From contig NC_045696.1 of assembly GCF_009834535.1 (NCBI RefSeq), positions 98,582,001 through 98,646,000 on the forward strand: DNA of 64,000 bases. The letters run 5' to 3'. The notes under the pieces are model-generated. The model was given only the letters and a program-made list of their open reading frames with translations, was not told the DNA's origin and searched no databases. The translations under genes and the position numbers were made by a program. Below, piece by piece: positions 52,397 to 64,000 of this stretch (positions within the stretch are counted from its first letter, which is position 1; each line of letters begins with the position of its first letter). The stretch comes from Camelus ferus. Lineage: Eukaryota.

Positions 52397-53399
52397 CCTT
52401 TCAATTTTACAATATATCATCATAAAAAAAAGTTGATAAATGGTGATGGAAACAAAAGAGTATTGCTGTTGTTGACGTAAAAAATTCAGACATATATTAT
52501 GATCTGTCTTAATTGAGATTTTTATTCCTAATAAAGTGAATATAATCTAGTGATCAGTCGTATGATGCTTACACCACCCACGAGCATGGAGGTGTCTGTT
52601 TTTGGAGGTGATAGCTGTTTGTAATGAACCACCATGGCAAGGGCTTATCTCTCTTGCCCTTGGATGTCCAGACTGCAACTGCATTTAAAACAACACGGCC
52701 GTCCAAGATTACAACATAATTATTCTTTCTGGAGGTTTTAACATAGAAAAAAATCAGATGTTATTTTGAAACTTGGGATGTGGGTATTGAATTAGGTCTA
52801 ATGGAATCAGTAGACAGAAATAAAAAGATCAATGAAGAACTATATGGGCATGAGAGCAGATATCAACCAAGGAACAAGAAATTTTAGTTAAAGGCAAACT
52901 GTGGAAACCAGAGAGTCCACAGTGTGAGAAATTATAAGGCAATGAAAGCCCACCTTGCATTTTAATGATTCCATATTAAATAGTCTCATATGTGGATTAT
53001 GATTCCCAGGGTGACCAGCTGGCCCCAGCTTGGCTGGAAATTTCCCAATGCAGTACAGAAAGCCCCATGTCCTGGGAAAACCCTCACTGGTCACCCAGAA
53101 GTCTCCGTACACGTTCTTAAATGACACAAGCATGGGTCTGCTTCCTTCTTCACTTCACCTTCCTCCATTTTCCCTCCCTCGTGGAATTCACCGGCACACC
53201 AATGATAATCATTGATACCTCTGATCTGAAATGGCTGTTGATGGTTTTAAGCCTTCCAAGTAACACCAAGTCACGGAAACAAGAGGTGATTTTGCACGGA
53301 GATGCTCACATACATAGCACCTCCCAAGTTTCATGGGCCTCATGTTGATATAAAGATTCTTTAACACTCTTCCAAACCTTGAAACTGAAAACCACACCC

Positions 53400-54120
53400 A
53401 GTTGTGTTCAATCTGATATTTAACAGCTGATTGTGTAGCCTTGAGAGGAGAGGTGGGGAGGGAAAGTTTATTTGCCTAAAATTTAATGACAGCAGCTTTG
53501 TGATAAAATTTCATATTTTAAAATCTGTGTTGTTGGAGGCATCTTCAGATGTGCTAGAAGTACTAAAATAGATGCAATCTGGTAGCCTGTCAGGAAAGCA
53601 AACAAACAAGCAAAAAACCGCTGGGTCAGGAGCACAGCTGTCTGTGGAGGGCATTAAATTTTTTTACAGTCTTTCCCATAGGCCAGGATGCTTTTATGCA
53701 TTGATTTATATTTTAATAATGACAGACTCCACTGGCATGAGCATTTCAGTTCCTCAGAAATTAGATAAAATCATAATTTAAACCCAGGATAAAAGGTGGA
53801 GGGAATTAGCATTTTGCAGCATTAATTAGCTTACTTGCCCTTGCTTATTTCTGATCAAATAAATGGAGTCCGCTTGGTGCTGCCACAAACAGGGCGATGA
53901 GTATCCTTCAATTGTATGATGTGACATTGATGTTTCTAATGCATGTAAATTCAACAGCTTTGCCTTGATTTTGAAGGTATGGTTTTAAAAACAGTGGTTC
54001 GTTTTCAAGCACTAGGGTAAGCAATGAACAAAGGCAGCTATCGGATGTAAAATGCAATATTGAAAGGACTTCTGCTGAAAGAATGCCCAAGCTCCGAAAA
54101 CACTCTTCGAGAATGTACAA
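53400..54120. promoter_or_regulatory. Candidate enhancer (homeodomain/Pbx-Hox/Meis motif cluster)
   Basis: Repeat-free; TGATTTAT 53702-53709 next to TGACAG 53720-53725; more TGACAG/CTGTCA at 53487 and 53587; CATTAATTAG at 53820; CAGCTG E-boxes. Confidence 0.4.
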
Positions 54121-55377
54121 TTATGTGCGCTTTCTCCCTGTTTGGTACTCTCGTTCCTTCCCTAGCATTTCACTGCCTCTCATCTTCATTATGATTCAAG
54201 GTTGCCAGAAGAAACTGGTAACTTGAGCAGGCAGGCATTTCATTTTTAAATAATTGTTTGTATTGTTTTCCAGAGCACACACCCTCAATCTTACTCCACC
54301 AGCTCCTCCCTGGCTCCATCCCTACCCCTGTCGTTCCGTTCGGCTCAACCTGTGCCTTTCCTCCACCGTCATCGTCTGCCGCTCCAGGTTTCTCACTCTC
54401 CCTTTCCACATGGCTGCTTGGTTTGCAGAAGATGCCTTCTTACAGATGTGTTCCCTCCCCTGACAAACAATTACTCCTGTTCCCCCCAGTAGGAGGCCAT
54501 TAGGACATCATCACGGGTTCTGCTAAGTCATCTCACAATCACAGTTTTGTGCAATCACCTCTCATCTGAGACTCTCTAGGCATATGCCACGCAGGGAAAC
54601 TGGCAGTCACAAACGGCAGCACCTCCAGGCATATTATTTGTTATTTTGGTCCAGAAGTGTAACAGATAATGTCTCATACAGTAGTGTCTGAGGGTCTCAT
54701 TGGATTCTTTGACTGACATCATTTGCAGTAAACGTGCAAAAGACTGAATGGGTTATCATGTGCTAGTTGAGAGGAGGATAAAAAAAAAGAGGCATTTTTA
54801 CATTTCCATAGCAATTACACCCAATGGTTCAGAAGAGACATGACAACAATAGTGATTTTACCAAGTTATTCTATTTGTGCAGACTTTCAGCATTCTGAGC
54901 TTTGAAAGAGGAAATTACCAGATACTCGTTATTATCCTGGAAAATGGTTAACCAGTGCTATGTTTATTTTTATTTTAATCTCACAGACCCAGCTGATGTG
55001 AAGACACATAGCAAAGACCTATCGAAAATGTGTTCTTTTAAATAAATGAAATACACATGCAACTGAAAAACACTCATGGTTCTTTTTCGTGAGTCTCTCT
55101 GACAGCTCTACCTGTTAAATCCTCTTATTTTAATAGGTAGGGTTTCACTGGGATTTTGGTAAGTCTAGGCTCAATATTTAATATATTATGAAATAAGTGA
55201 ATTTTGGCCTGATGCCATATTAACACTTCATTTTTTATTGATTTTTGGGTTAGTTTACTGCTGCACTGGGGTGTCGTGTGTCTTTGTGTAAAATCAAGCA
55301 ATGTGCTAACAAGCAAAGACTTCCACAGAGGCCCCAAAGCAAACAAAGAAGGGGGCGCTCTTCTCCCCATAAGAAAC

Positions 55378-55429
55378 TTCTGTCATGGGGTTGCACAAAC
55401 CGTTGGTTTCTGTCATGGGGTTGCACAAA
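55378..55429. repeat. Perfect 22-bp direct repeat with 8-bp spacer
   Basis: ttctgtcatggggttgcacaaa-ccgttggt-ttctgtcatggggttgcacaaa. Confidence 0.95.
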
Positions 55430-56196
55430 TTCCTCAGCCTCACTTCCTCACAGCTCCAAAATAAAATGACATCAATTTAGGTTCATTGGAGTGAAATCCA
55501 GTCAAGATGAGTATGAACATCTGAATTGCAGGATCTTTGGAAGAAAGAGTTTTATTTTTGTCCGGGACACATAGGTAATTGAACTAAGCACGGAACACAG
55601 TGTTCCAGTCTGGCACAACACAGACACTCAATAAATACTTAATTTTATTGAACTGAATTGAATCAGGAGTTGCATAGAAGCCTTGCTTTAATGAGCAGGT
55701 GAAAATTATTTGCAATTGGAAAAGCAGACTATTGCCGCAACAACCCAAGGTTCTCCTTAAAGTTTAACCAGCCACTTGCCCTTGGAGAGACGCTCCCCAA
55801 GTATCTGCATTCAGTGTGTTCTCTTAAGTAGCCAGATAAGCATTTCTGTTCAGTGTGGCTTGGGCTGTTCATTTGCTCAGTTAACCTAGTCGTCCTTGCC
55901 TTATTTTTTCCTTTCTACTGAGAGGAAAAAAGAGAAACCACAGACCTAGTTTTTCTCTCCCACTGGATTTCCACAAATTCTAAATTAGGCAAAGAGAATT
56001 TGGATTATTCAGTCTCTAGTTTATACCCATCCTCTGTTGCCTCTAATGAGTTACAAAAATAAAGAAAAATAGAGTTCCAAATGAGTTTGCCAAATGGTAT
56101 CAGTGAGATAAAAATGCAGGAGCTCTAGCCTTGGTGCATCTCATTTCAACTGTCAGAAACATCCAACTTGTAAATCCAGTGTCTTTGAAAGACAGA

Positions 56197-56232
56197 GGCG
56201 GGGGCGGGGGGGGGGGGGGGGAGGGCGCAGGG
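56197..56232 (+). repeat. Poly-G tract, potential G-quadruplex
   Basis: ggcgggggc followed by a long G run, then agggcgcaggg. Confidence 0.85.
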
Positions 56233-56329
56233 CATGTTGTTCTGTTTATGTACCTGGGGAGAATAAAGTCTGAAAACTCACATGAGTGTAAAAACCGATT
56301 TGTTCCTTATATGTCTCAAATGACTTATT

Positions 56330-56655
56330 GTCAATTATTCAATCCAACAAATATTTGTTGAGGTCCTACTATGTTTAAAACACTCTACTAGCTGCTACAG
56401 GTGGATACAAAATGGAGGAAGATAGGGTATCTGCCTTTATAGGCTTAATAATGATGGCCTTTTCTCTGCAAAGATTAACTGTGCAATGCACATAAACATA
56501 TAGCTTGGAGCCTAGAACACAGTTAAATTTAAAATAAAGGGGGATTTATTTAATGGTCTGAATTGAAGGTTTCCCCAGAAAGATGGTAGATGAGATGGGA
56601 CTTGAAATACAGCAGAGTGTCACTAGGTTTACCTACTGAGGTGGGCAAAGGACAT
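56330..56655 (-). mobile_element. L2 3' fragment
   Basis: ttcaatccaacaaatatttgttgaggtcctactatg. Confidence 0.8.
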
Positions 56656-57734
56656 TCAGGCTCCAGGTTTGTGCAGAGTTGTCATCCTCAATCCCTAGCA
56701 CATTGTCAGCCTGGACCACCCACCTGGGTAATGGGTGGAGGGTGCATTGAGAGGAAAGGAAAGAGAATTGAGGGAGAGGGAACAAGTAAAACCTCAGAGA
56801 AAGCCGAGTCCAGCCGGAATTCCCTACCGGATATTAGGACAGTACAAGACCAGGAGAACGTTTATTCTCAGTCTGCATAATGTATTAGTGGCCCAGAGAG
56901 ATTCACATCAGAGGAGCATGGGTTGGGGAGTATAAAGACAAGGTAACAGGAGAATTGAGTGTTCAACTGGGAGTGGCAACTGTTGAATCTGAGAAGGACA
57001 GGGGAGTCAGAATGGCTTTCAGAACTGTCCCCCTGGGGAACCGGGAGCTGATAGGAACAAGGGGAGGGCACACACTTAATTGATCTACCTGGGCTCTGCC
57101 TCAGCCGTATGCTGAATTTGAGGTGCTACAGGCAAAGGAAAGGAAAATTAGTCATTTCCATAGGTGCATGGGATTCTGTTTGAAGCCAGAGTTGAACTCT
57201 CCATCTACTGTTCAGCTCTGATTTTGGGGAAGCAGTGTATTCTGCAGTTCAAAAGCATAATACTGTCTGCCCATTTTAGAAGTATAGTATATTCTGCACA
57301 GTTGGTATGGGGCCGATGCTAAAGGAAAAATAAAGCAAATGATTGAAAACTCACGGGAGAAGCAAATACTCTAGTTTGGGAAATCAGCCTAAAAAGACAT
57401 AGAGAAGTAATAATGCAAAGAACAATGAATGTCAGGCTGAGGAGGTATGTTTAGTTCAGAAGTAAAAGGGATGCTCTTGGATATTATTGAGAGGTACAGG
57501 GAAATAGTCAGAGCCATACCTTTTGGAAATTGACCAGAAGGAAGAGAATCTAATAAAACCACAGGCAGAGAAGTCAGTTAGAAGGCTATTACAAATGAAG
57601 TCCTGCTCTAAGCCAGTGGGAATGGAGATGAAAAAACATCTATGGAGCAAATAGGAGTTCTTGTTGGTTAGAGTGATAAAGGAAGGGAAAGAGCTGTGTA
57701 GTCAGTCGTCAGTGACTGTAGCTCTTATAAGCAG

Positions 57735-58316
57735 TGTCTTTGAAGTCAGACAGACTTACTGGCCTTATGTATGACCTTGGAAACATTAGGTAATTTCCAT
57801 GCCTCCTTTTTTCTCATCTGTTTAGCTAATATATTAGTAGAAACCTTTCAAATAGGGTTGTTGAACCTAAATACACAATGACAGATGACTGGATAAAGAA
57901 GATGTGGTATATATACACAATGGAATACTACTCAGCCATAAAAAATTAAATAATTGCATTTGCAGCAATATGGATAGGCCTAGAGATTATTAGACTAAGT
58001 GAAGTAAGTCAGACAAATACCATATGGCATCACTTACATGTGGAATCCAAAATATAACACAAATGAACTCATCTGTGAAACAGAAACAGACTCACAGACG
58101 TAGAAAACAAACTTATGGTTACCAAAGGAGAAAGGGGATCAGGGAGGGATAAATTAGGAGATTGAGATTAGCAGATACAAACTACCATGTCTAAAATAAA
58201 CAGCAAGATCCTACTGTATAGCACAGGGTACTATACTCAATAGCCTGTAATAAACCATAATGGAAAAGAATATGAAAAAGAATATGTGTGTGTATGTATA
58301 TGTATGTGTGTGTGTA

Positions 58317-58353
<37 letters not shown>

Positions 58354-58505
58354 GAATTACTTTGCTGTATACCAGAAACTAACACAATATTGTAAATTAA
58401 CTATACTTCAAAAAAAAAAAAAAAACTAAATAAGGTTGTTGAAAGGATTAAATGAGCAAACATATGAAATACTTTGAAAAGGATCTGACAGACAATAAGT
58501 ACCAC
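57735..58505 (+). mobile_element. MIR SINE split by an L1 insertion
   Basis: tttgaagtcagacagac...tatgaccttgg...ctcatctgt...agggttgttg | resumes ggttgttgaaaggattaaatgag. Confidence 0.8.
57866..58427 (+). mobile_element. Young 5'-truncated L1 3' end with poly(A) tail and internal (TG)/(TA) microsatellite
   Basis: gatgactggataaagaagatgtgg...aactatacttc + A-run; 16-bp TSD aaatagggttgttgaa (57850-57865) / aaataaggttgttgaa (58428-58443). Confidence 0.93.
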
Positions 58506-60149
58506 AAAACTCAGAGACATTTGGGGGGCTTTGGGCTTCCCCCCTGAGAAATTGGTGGATATGGGGGTGCCATAAAATGAAAACAGGAAGATGGGGGAAG
58601 AGTACATTTGCAGGTAGAGGAGAGGATAAGATTCAGAGATCACGTTGTTCAAATTCCTACCTTTGCCACACAGGGTCTTGTGCAGGTAACCCTGACAGTT
58701 ATCTAGTCCGTGAGGGAAAGTGGATGGCGGAGAACCAGATATTTTAAGGCGGAGTCATCCTAGGGTGTGCTGGCGACTCTCAAGGGGGAAGGATCACTCC
58801 GCTCTCACAAGGAATGTAGCTATCGTCATATTTTAAGGCCAAGAGCAGCGAGTTGAAGGACTTGCTTTGAGTGATTTTAATAATGAGAGAAGTTTAGGTC
58901 CTTTAGAAGCATGAAGGATCTGGGACAGTGGCTGGCAACCTGAAGAGAGTGAGACATTTAGAAATAATAGCTAGAGGGATTGAAATAGTCACCTCGTGAT
59001 GAATAAAAGAACTGTAAAGTCACCTGCCTGTGGAATCTTTTAGCAAAATGACTTTTCAGACTTCATTTTCCACATGGGTGATGTTCTAAAATTTAGATAT
59101 TTTATGTCAACCATGAAACCCTCAGCTTTTCCCAGGCTAGCAATGCCACTTGGCCAAGTATTGAAAATAATTTGGAGGTGGTTGAGAGGTATGTTATGCA
59201 CCTGTGTGGGAGCTGAGAGCTGTGGTATGTGTGTGTGTGAGGGCGACTGTGTGCACGCGCTCTGTGTTGGGGTCGTTGTGTGGTGGTATAAAATAGCACC
59301 GTCCTCAGAGTGTAATTAACTTTGAGTTATTTTGAGTTACACAGTGTAATGTTGGAAAGTTTCTTAAAAATTATACTAAATACATTATCAAACAAGTTGT
59401 AAATGAATTAATTGATCTTTACTATGATCTATTGACTACCTTGAGGAACCTAGTCTCACAAATGTTATCCTCCTGAACTACCTTTTCCTTATAACATACG
59501 AAATAGGACAGGGACAAGTGAAGCACCCTGGCTTTCCCTGTGTATATTGATTAAGGTTCAGAAAGGACATGAGGACTTAATTTCATGTCACTGGGGTTAT
59601 TATCACATGAAGTAACTGTTTGGATTTTAGCCTGATTCACGTTCTATGAAGGCTTTTAGTATCCTGTAGAGTCAGCACTGTTCATTTTGACGTGTTTTCC
59701 ATCTACTTTACGTGTTTAGCAGCTGGTGGGTTTGTTTAATTTAGTGTGAGCGGTCTTAAGGCAAAGAGGTGACCCGTGGGCACCAGATTATTTTGTTCAA
59801 TTTCAGCCTGTGGTATTAGGTGTGGTCCTTGACTTGGGATTGGCACTGCGTTTACCAATTAGCCAGATCTACTGGGACTCTCAGTGGGTTTTGAACGGTT
59901 CATTTTAGGGAATTGATATTGTCTCATGGGAAGGTGGAGTGACAATTTGTTTTAAAAGTACTCCTCTGCAACTTTTTGTGGCATCTCCAATAAACTCATC
60001 TTTATAGAAAGAGAGTGAAATTTATGAGAAATAACTTGGGTTCACTAAAACCCCATGATGTAATCTTTCTATTTAACAACAGACATAGGTACTAATGGTT
60101 AGGTGTATATGACCTATATGACTTCAGTGAAATAATAACAGTGACCCAC

Positions 60150-60325
60150 TAAATAATAATAGTAATCATTTATTGAATACCTTCTAACTCTTGCAATAGT
60201 CCTTCATGTTAGATACAATTATTCCCATTTTACAGTTGAGAAAACTGAGTCTCTAAAGATGAATTCCCAGTAATCACACATGCAGTAAGTGACAAATTCA
60301 TCATTCAAATCTATTTATGTCTCTT
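60150..60325 (-). mobile_element. MIR SINE
   Basis: attattcccattttacagttgagaaaactgagtct. Confidence 0.85.
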
Positions 60326-62944
60326 TTTAATGTAAGTTAGTCTCTCAATAGAAAATAATGGAAGACTGATGCAGGTGAAGGGGAACATCTTTTTTTTTCA
60401 TCCTATGAGACCAGGGTACTGCCTCCTTCTACCTCCTCCTCCTTCTATCACTTGACAGTCATTTTGGTGACGGCAGCGATGAAACAGGGAGGCTTATTCA
60501 CACTGTGCTCTCCCCACCCTCCCCAGGGAGAGGGTCTGCATCGCCCAGTGACTCCTTCCCCTCAGGGTGACCAAGATAGCTTCCTGGCACCACCTAAATC
60601 ACCAGTGGGCTACCAAGCTAGGAGGCAGCGAGAGAGGAAAATCGAGGAAGCTGCTGGAGTGCCAGGTGTCAGGAGAGACTTTACTTTAACAAAATGGAGC
60701 CAACTTGGAAGATGATGGAGCAGTGAGCCCACTCAGTGCCCTTACCAGCCCTGACAGTGGCTCTCCCTTCCAGATCCAGGCCCTCTGAGGGCTCCATGCC
60801 AGCCCCAGAGGTCTTTCTCTGCAACGACTAGATGGAAGCCATTACGCTTGGGTTTGTTACGACTGAAGACAGATCTAACTCACCCCAGAGGTGAGAGCTA
60901 AGTGTGCTGATTAGCTGTGCCATCCTGCCTACGGAGCAGAGTGGCTGATGGGTGTGTTAACTGCTTAATTTTTAGATGGAGTTTAAAATAAACATTTCTT
61001 TAAGTTTAAAAAAAGAAAATAATGGAAAACATTATGTGGCTCCAGTTTTGCATGAACATCCTTTTGTAGTTTATGAAAGATTGTTTCCCTCTTCATTATG
61101 CTCAGTGAGTACGGTACCCTTGTGAGGCTGCTCGAAAGTTACATCAACATGTCCAAGATGCCAACCCTTAGTAGATTTCTTTCTGACCATATCATTGTGA
61201 TACTTCTCAGAAATTAGAAGCACAAGAAATTTAGTTTAAAAGAAGCCATTATAATTTTAGACAAGGATAAAATATTTTTGGATATTTTATCTACCCAACT
61301 GCCTTTACTAAAATTCAGAAGTCATGCTTTCTGCTGTATTGAACTCCCTATCTTACCTACCAAGTGAGAAGGTTTTTGGTAAATTTTAAAAATATCTGAT
61401 TGCCTAACTCCATTTCTTTGAATATTCTCACGTACAGGTGACCTGCTACAGATTTGCACCTGTCCCAGCTGTGGGATCAATCTAATTCCTTGGAAATGGA
61501 ATCTTGTATGGTTTAGGATAATAATTTGATGATTCGGTAGCCAGTCAAGCCTTTTGTTCTGACTTTCTAGCTGATCTCTTGCTATGACCATGTAATTGGT
61601 TCTAGAAGCGTGAATCTTGCCTTGCTGACTGCGTACCTAGCCCTATCTTATTGTCGACCTCGGCATCACTGACTTATTGTTCCTATTTCTCCCTGACCAG
61701 CTTTCTTCTGCTGGTCCCCTGGGAAACTGAAGGCTGGTCTTCTAGCTTCAAGTCTTAGAACTCATTTCTCAAACACTTGTGGCAGCCCTTTGAAATGCTA
61801 ACATTTGCCTACCTACACCTCCACACAATTCCAACCCCACACTTCGCTGATTACAGGCCCTGTCTGAAGAGCTGTTATTGGCTCTGCCCTGAGGGCACGT
61901 CCTCCTCTGGTGAATTTTTCTTCAACTATGAGTCTTGATTTGAAGTAGACCATCTGACCTGAGCTTTGATTTTGATGTGAATTCTAATTGAAAGATAGCT
62001 TCCCATTTTAAAAATTCACTCATTAAGATACTGAATTATGTTTTTCTTTGGAAGAATTGAATGCAGATAATTGCCCTTTTATTTTCAGTTGCCAAGTGGT
62101 AGGGAAAGATCTGGCTACTATCTCCCCCTTCTTAAAGAGAGAGAACTAAGGAGGAGAGTGCCCTGGCTATTTGAGATCTCTTACTCGTGTATGTATACCA
62201 TGAACCTGGTCAATGTTAAGTCTCCATTAACAGATTCTTAGAGTACCTCCGGGTGCTTACCATCCATTAGTCAATAAGACCATCCAATTATGCAAATTGA
62301 GAATAGAAAGGAATCCCTAAAACCTACAAAGAAGCCCTTCCACAACCAAACAACAGATATTTTTCCAGCACTTTCAATCAAACATATACTATACTATGTG
62401 TGAGGCATATACAGACCTGTTCTTCACTGTCAAGGGATTCAGCAACTTAAAGATTTGGCAGTGCCTGGGTGATGTATGACATGCTATCTTGTAGTGCCAT
62501 TGGTCATAAGGCAGAATGAGGGGGATGGCAGGGAGTTTCCCCTTTTGTAAACAGTCCAGAACGGAAAAGGTCACCTTAATTGCCACACCTAGACTTTATG
62601 CCTGACATCTAGTGGTCACTCGAGGAATTGCAGTGCAGGATGCCGACGATGATTGACTGTCGGTAAGGACAGGATGAAGGTCTGAGGTAGCGGAATTAAA
62701 ATGCATTCCCTCAGCTTCCTCTCTCAAAGCCCTGCACTTACCACTTACAGTCTTCTTTATACCGCATCTTCTAAATATGATCCTAGACAATCATTTAGTT
62801 ATAAAGCTGGAGGGCTCTCACACAACTTTCATTTAATCATATTCTAATCACTGTATGAGAAGAGATGAAGCAAAAGTTTAGAATTTCTGAATTTAATGAA
62901 TATTGCGTGTAAAATCAGCCTATTGGAAAGATAAACCCCACCTG

Positions 62945-63165
62945 TTTACTCTGACTGTAGTTTATCATTTTTCCTTCTTGGAAAAAAAAACCCGGATACT
63001 CATCTACTAACCTACCTTATAGGTGGATGTCTTTACCTGTTAAACAGTGAAAATAATTATAACTCATAGGCTTGCCTTGAGGATTTAAGAAGTTAAATCA
63101 TGTAAATAACTTTGTACGGTGCCTGGAACATAATAAGTATTCAGTGGTATTGGCTATTATTATTT
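62945..63165 (+). mobile_element. MIR SINE remnant(s)
   Basis: ctcatagg...tgaggatttaa...gtgcctggaacataataagtattcag...ggctattattat. Confidence 0.75.
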
Positions 63166-63619
63166 TTTTTAAGTTTGGTTTTCATGATGATAAGCATTGT
63201 ATAGTTTTTAATGCATGCACGTTTGTAGCCTTATTACCTGTGAGGAGTATTATTTCCCCCGAATATTAAGGTCTACCTATTTAGAGAATTCAAATGCTGT
63301 ATGCGACATTCAGTGATCATAGGTATTCAGAGTTGATGGGACATTCACAGTCTCTATCCAGTCATCTCATTTGTATATAAGAAAACATTACTTGAGGAGT
63401 TACTGAAGTTTGCAAGGTTACATGTGGTGAGACTGGATAAAACTAAAATCTGAGTTTCCTTATGAAGTTCACTGCATCTACCAGCTCCACAAGTGGCTCA
63501 TTTATATCTTTGAACTAATGTTGAGAAATGAATTTTCCATCACATGGAGAAATGTGAAGTACCTGGTTGTGGATTTATACTATACAGTTTATACTGTACT
63601 AAAAGTTTGGTACATTTCT

Positions 63620-64000
63620 ACATTTGAAAAAATATTAATGATCTTAATAGTATCACAAAGACAATCCTGATTCACTGTTGGAAGATTAGTGGTATAGGCA
63701 AACAAAAAGGTTAATTTAAAAAAAACAATTGTAATCCCATTGCTCAGTCATACATATATGCTGATATATGTACATGCACATATATATTCATTATGTCCAT
63801 TTATGTACTTTTATACTCTTCTATAATCAGATGCACATATGTTTTAACTAAAAGGTAGGTTTAACATTGTTCTGTAATTTGGTTTGTTTAAGTTATGAAC
63901 ATAATTCCACATTGATATTTATCTATAGCATTATTTTCACTGGTTGCATTATTTCTGTTATACACTTATATTATTTTAATTAATTCCACTTTAAGATCAA
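63620..64000 (-). mobile_element. L1ME-like 3' remnant
   Basis: aattgtaatcccat, attgttctgtaatttgg, ggttgcattatttc...ttaattaattccact. Confidence 0.55.

Noticed and set aside
55378..55429. CRISPR-like repeat-spacer-repeat (also 52335-52396)
   Set aside because: Only two copies, spacer far too short, no cas genes, mammalian context

Overview
This is AT-rich, CpG-depleted eukaryotic DNA from a placental mammal, not a prokaryote. It is most likely a camelid: it carries a young ~90-bp tRNA-derived SINE of the camelid Vic-1 type and cetartiodactyl-type L1 3' ends, and I saw no Alu, B1, Bov-A/BovB, PRE1 or SINEC elements. A large part of the window is interspersed repeat: MIR, L2, old and young L1, MaLR/ERVL/ERV1 solo LTRs, and hAT and Tigger DNA transposons, often nested and several with readable target-site duplications (TSDs). 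No ORF in the supplied track looks like a real host protein; those with recognisable similarity are decayed L1 ORF2 fragments. The repeat-free stretches contain a few splice-site-bounded candidate exons (a possible gene 3' end at ~0.6-4.5 kb, minus-strand candidates at ~23 kb, a plus-strand one at ~60.8 kb) and several homeodomain/Pbx-Meis motif-rich blocks resembling conserved enhancers. I found no convincing evidence of a novel biological system, and no CRISPR array, rRNA or true tRNA. Repeat family names come from recalled consensus features and need RepeatMasker/Dfam confirmation. Boundaries of old elements are approximate.
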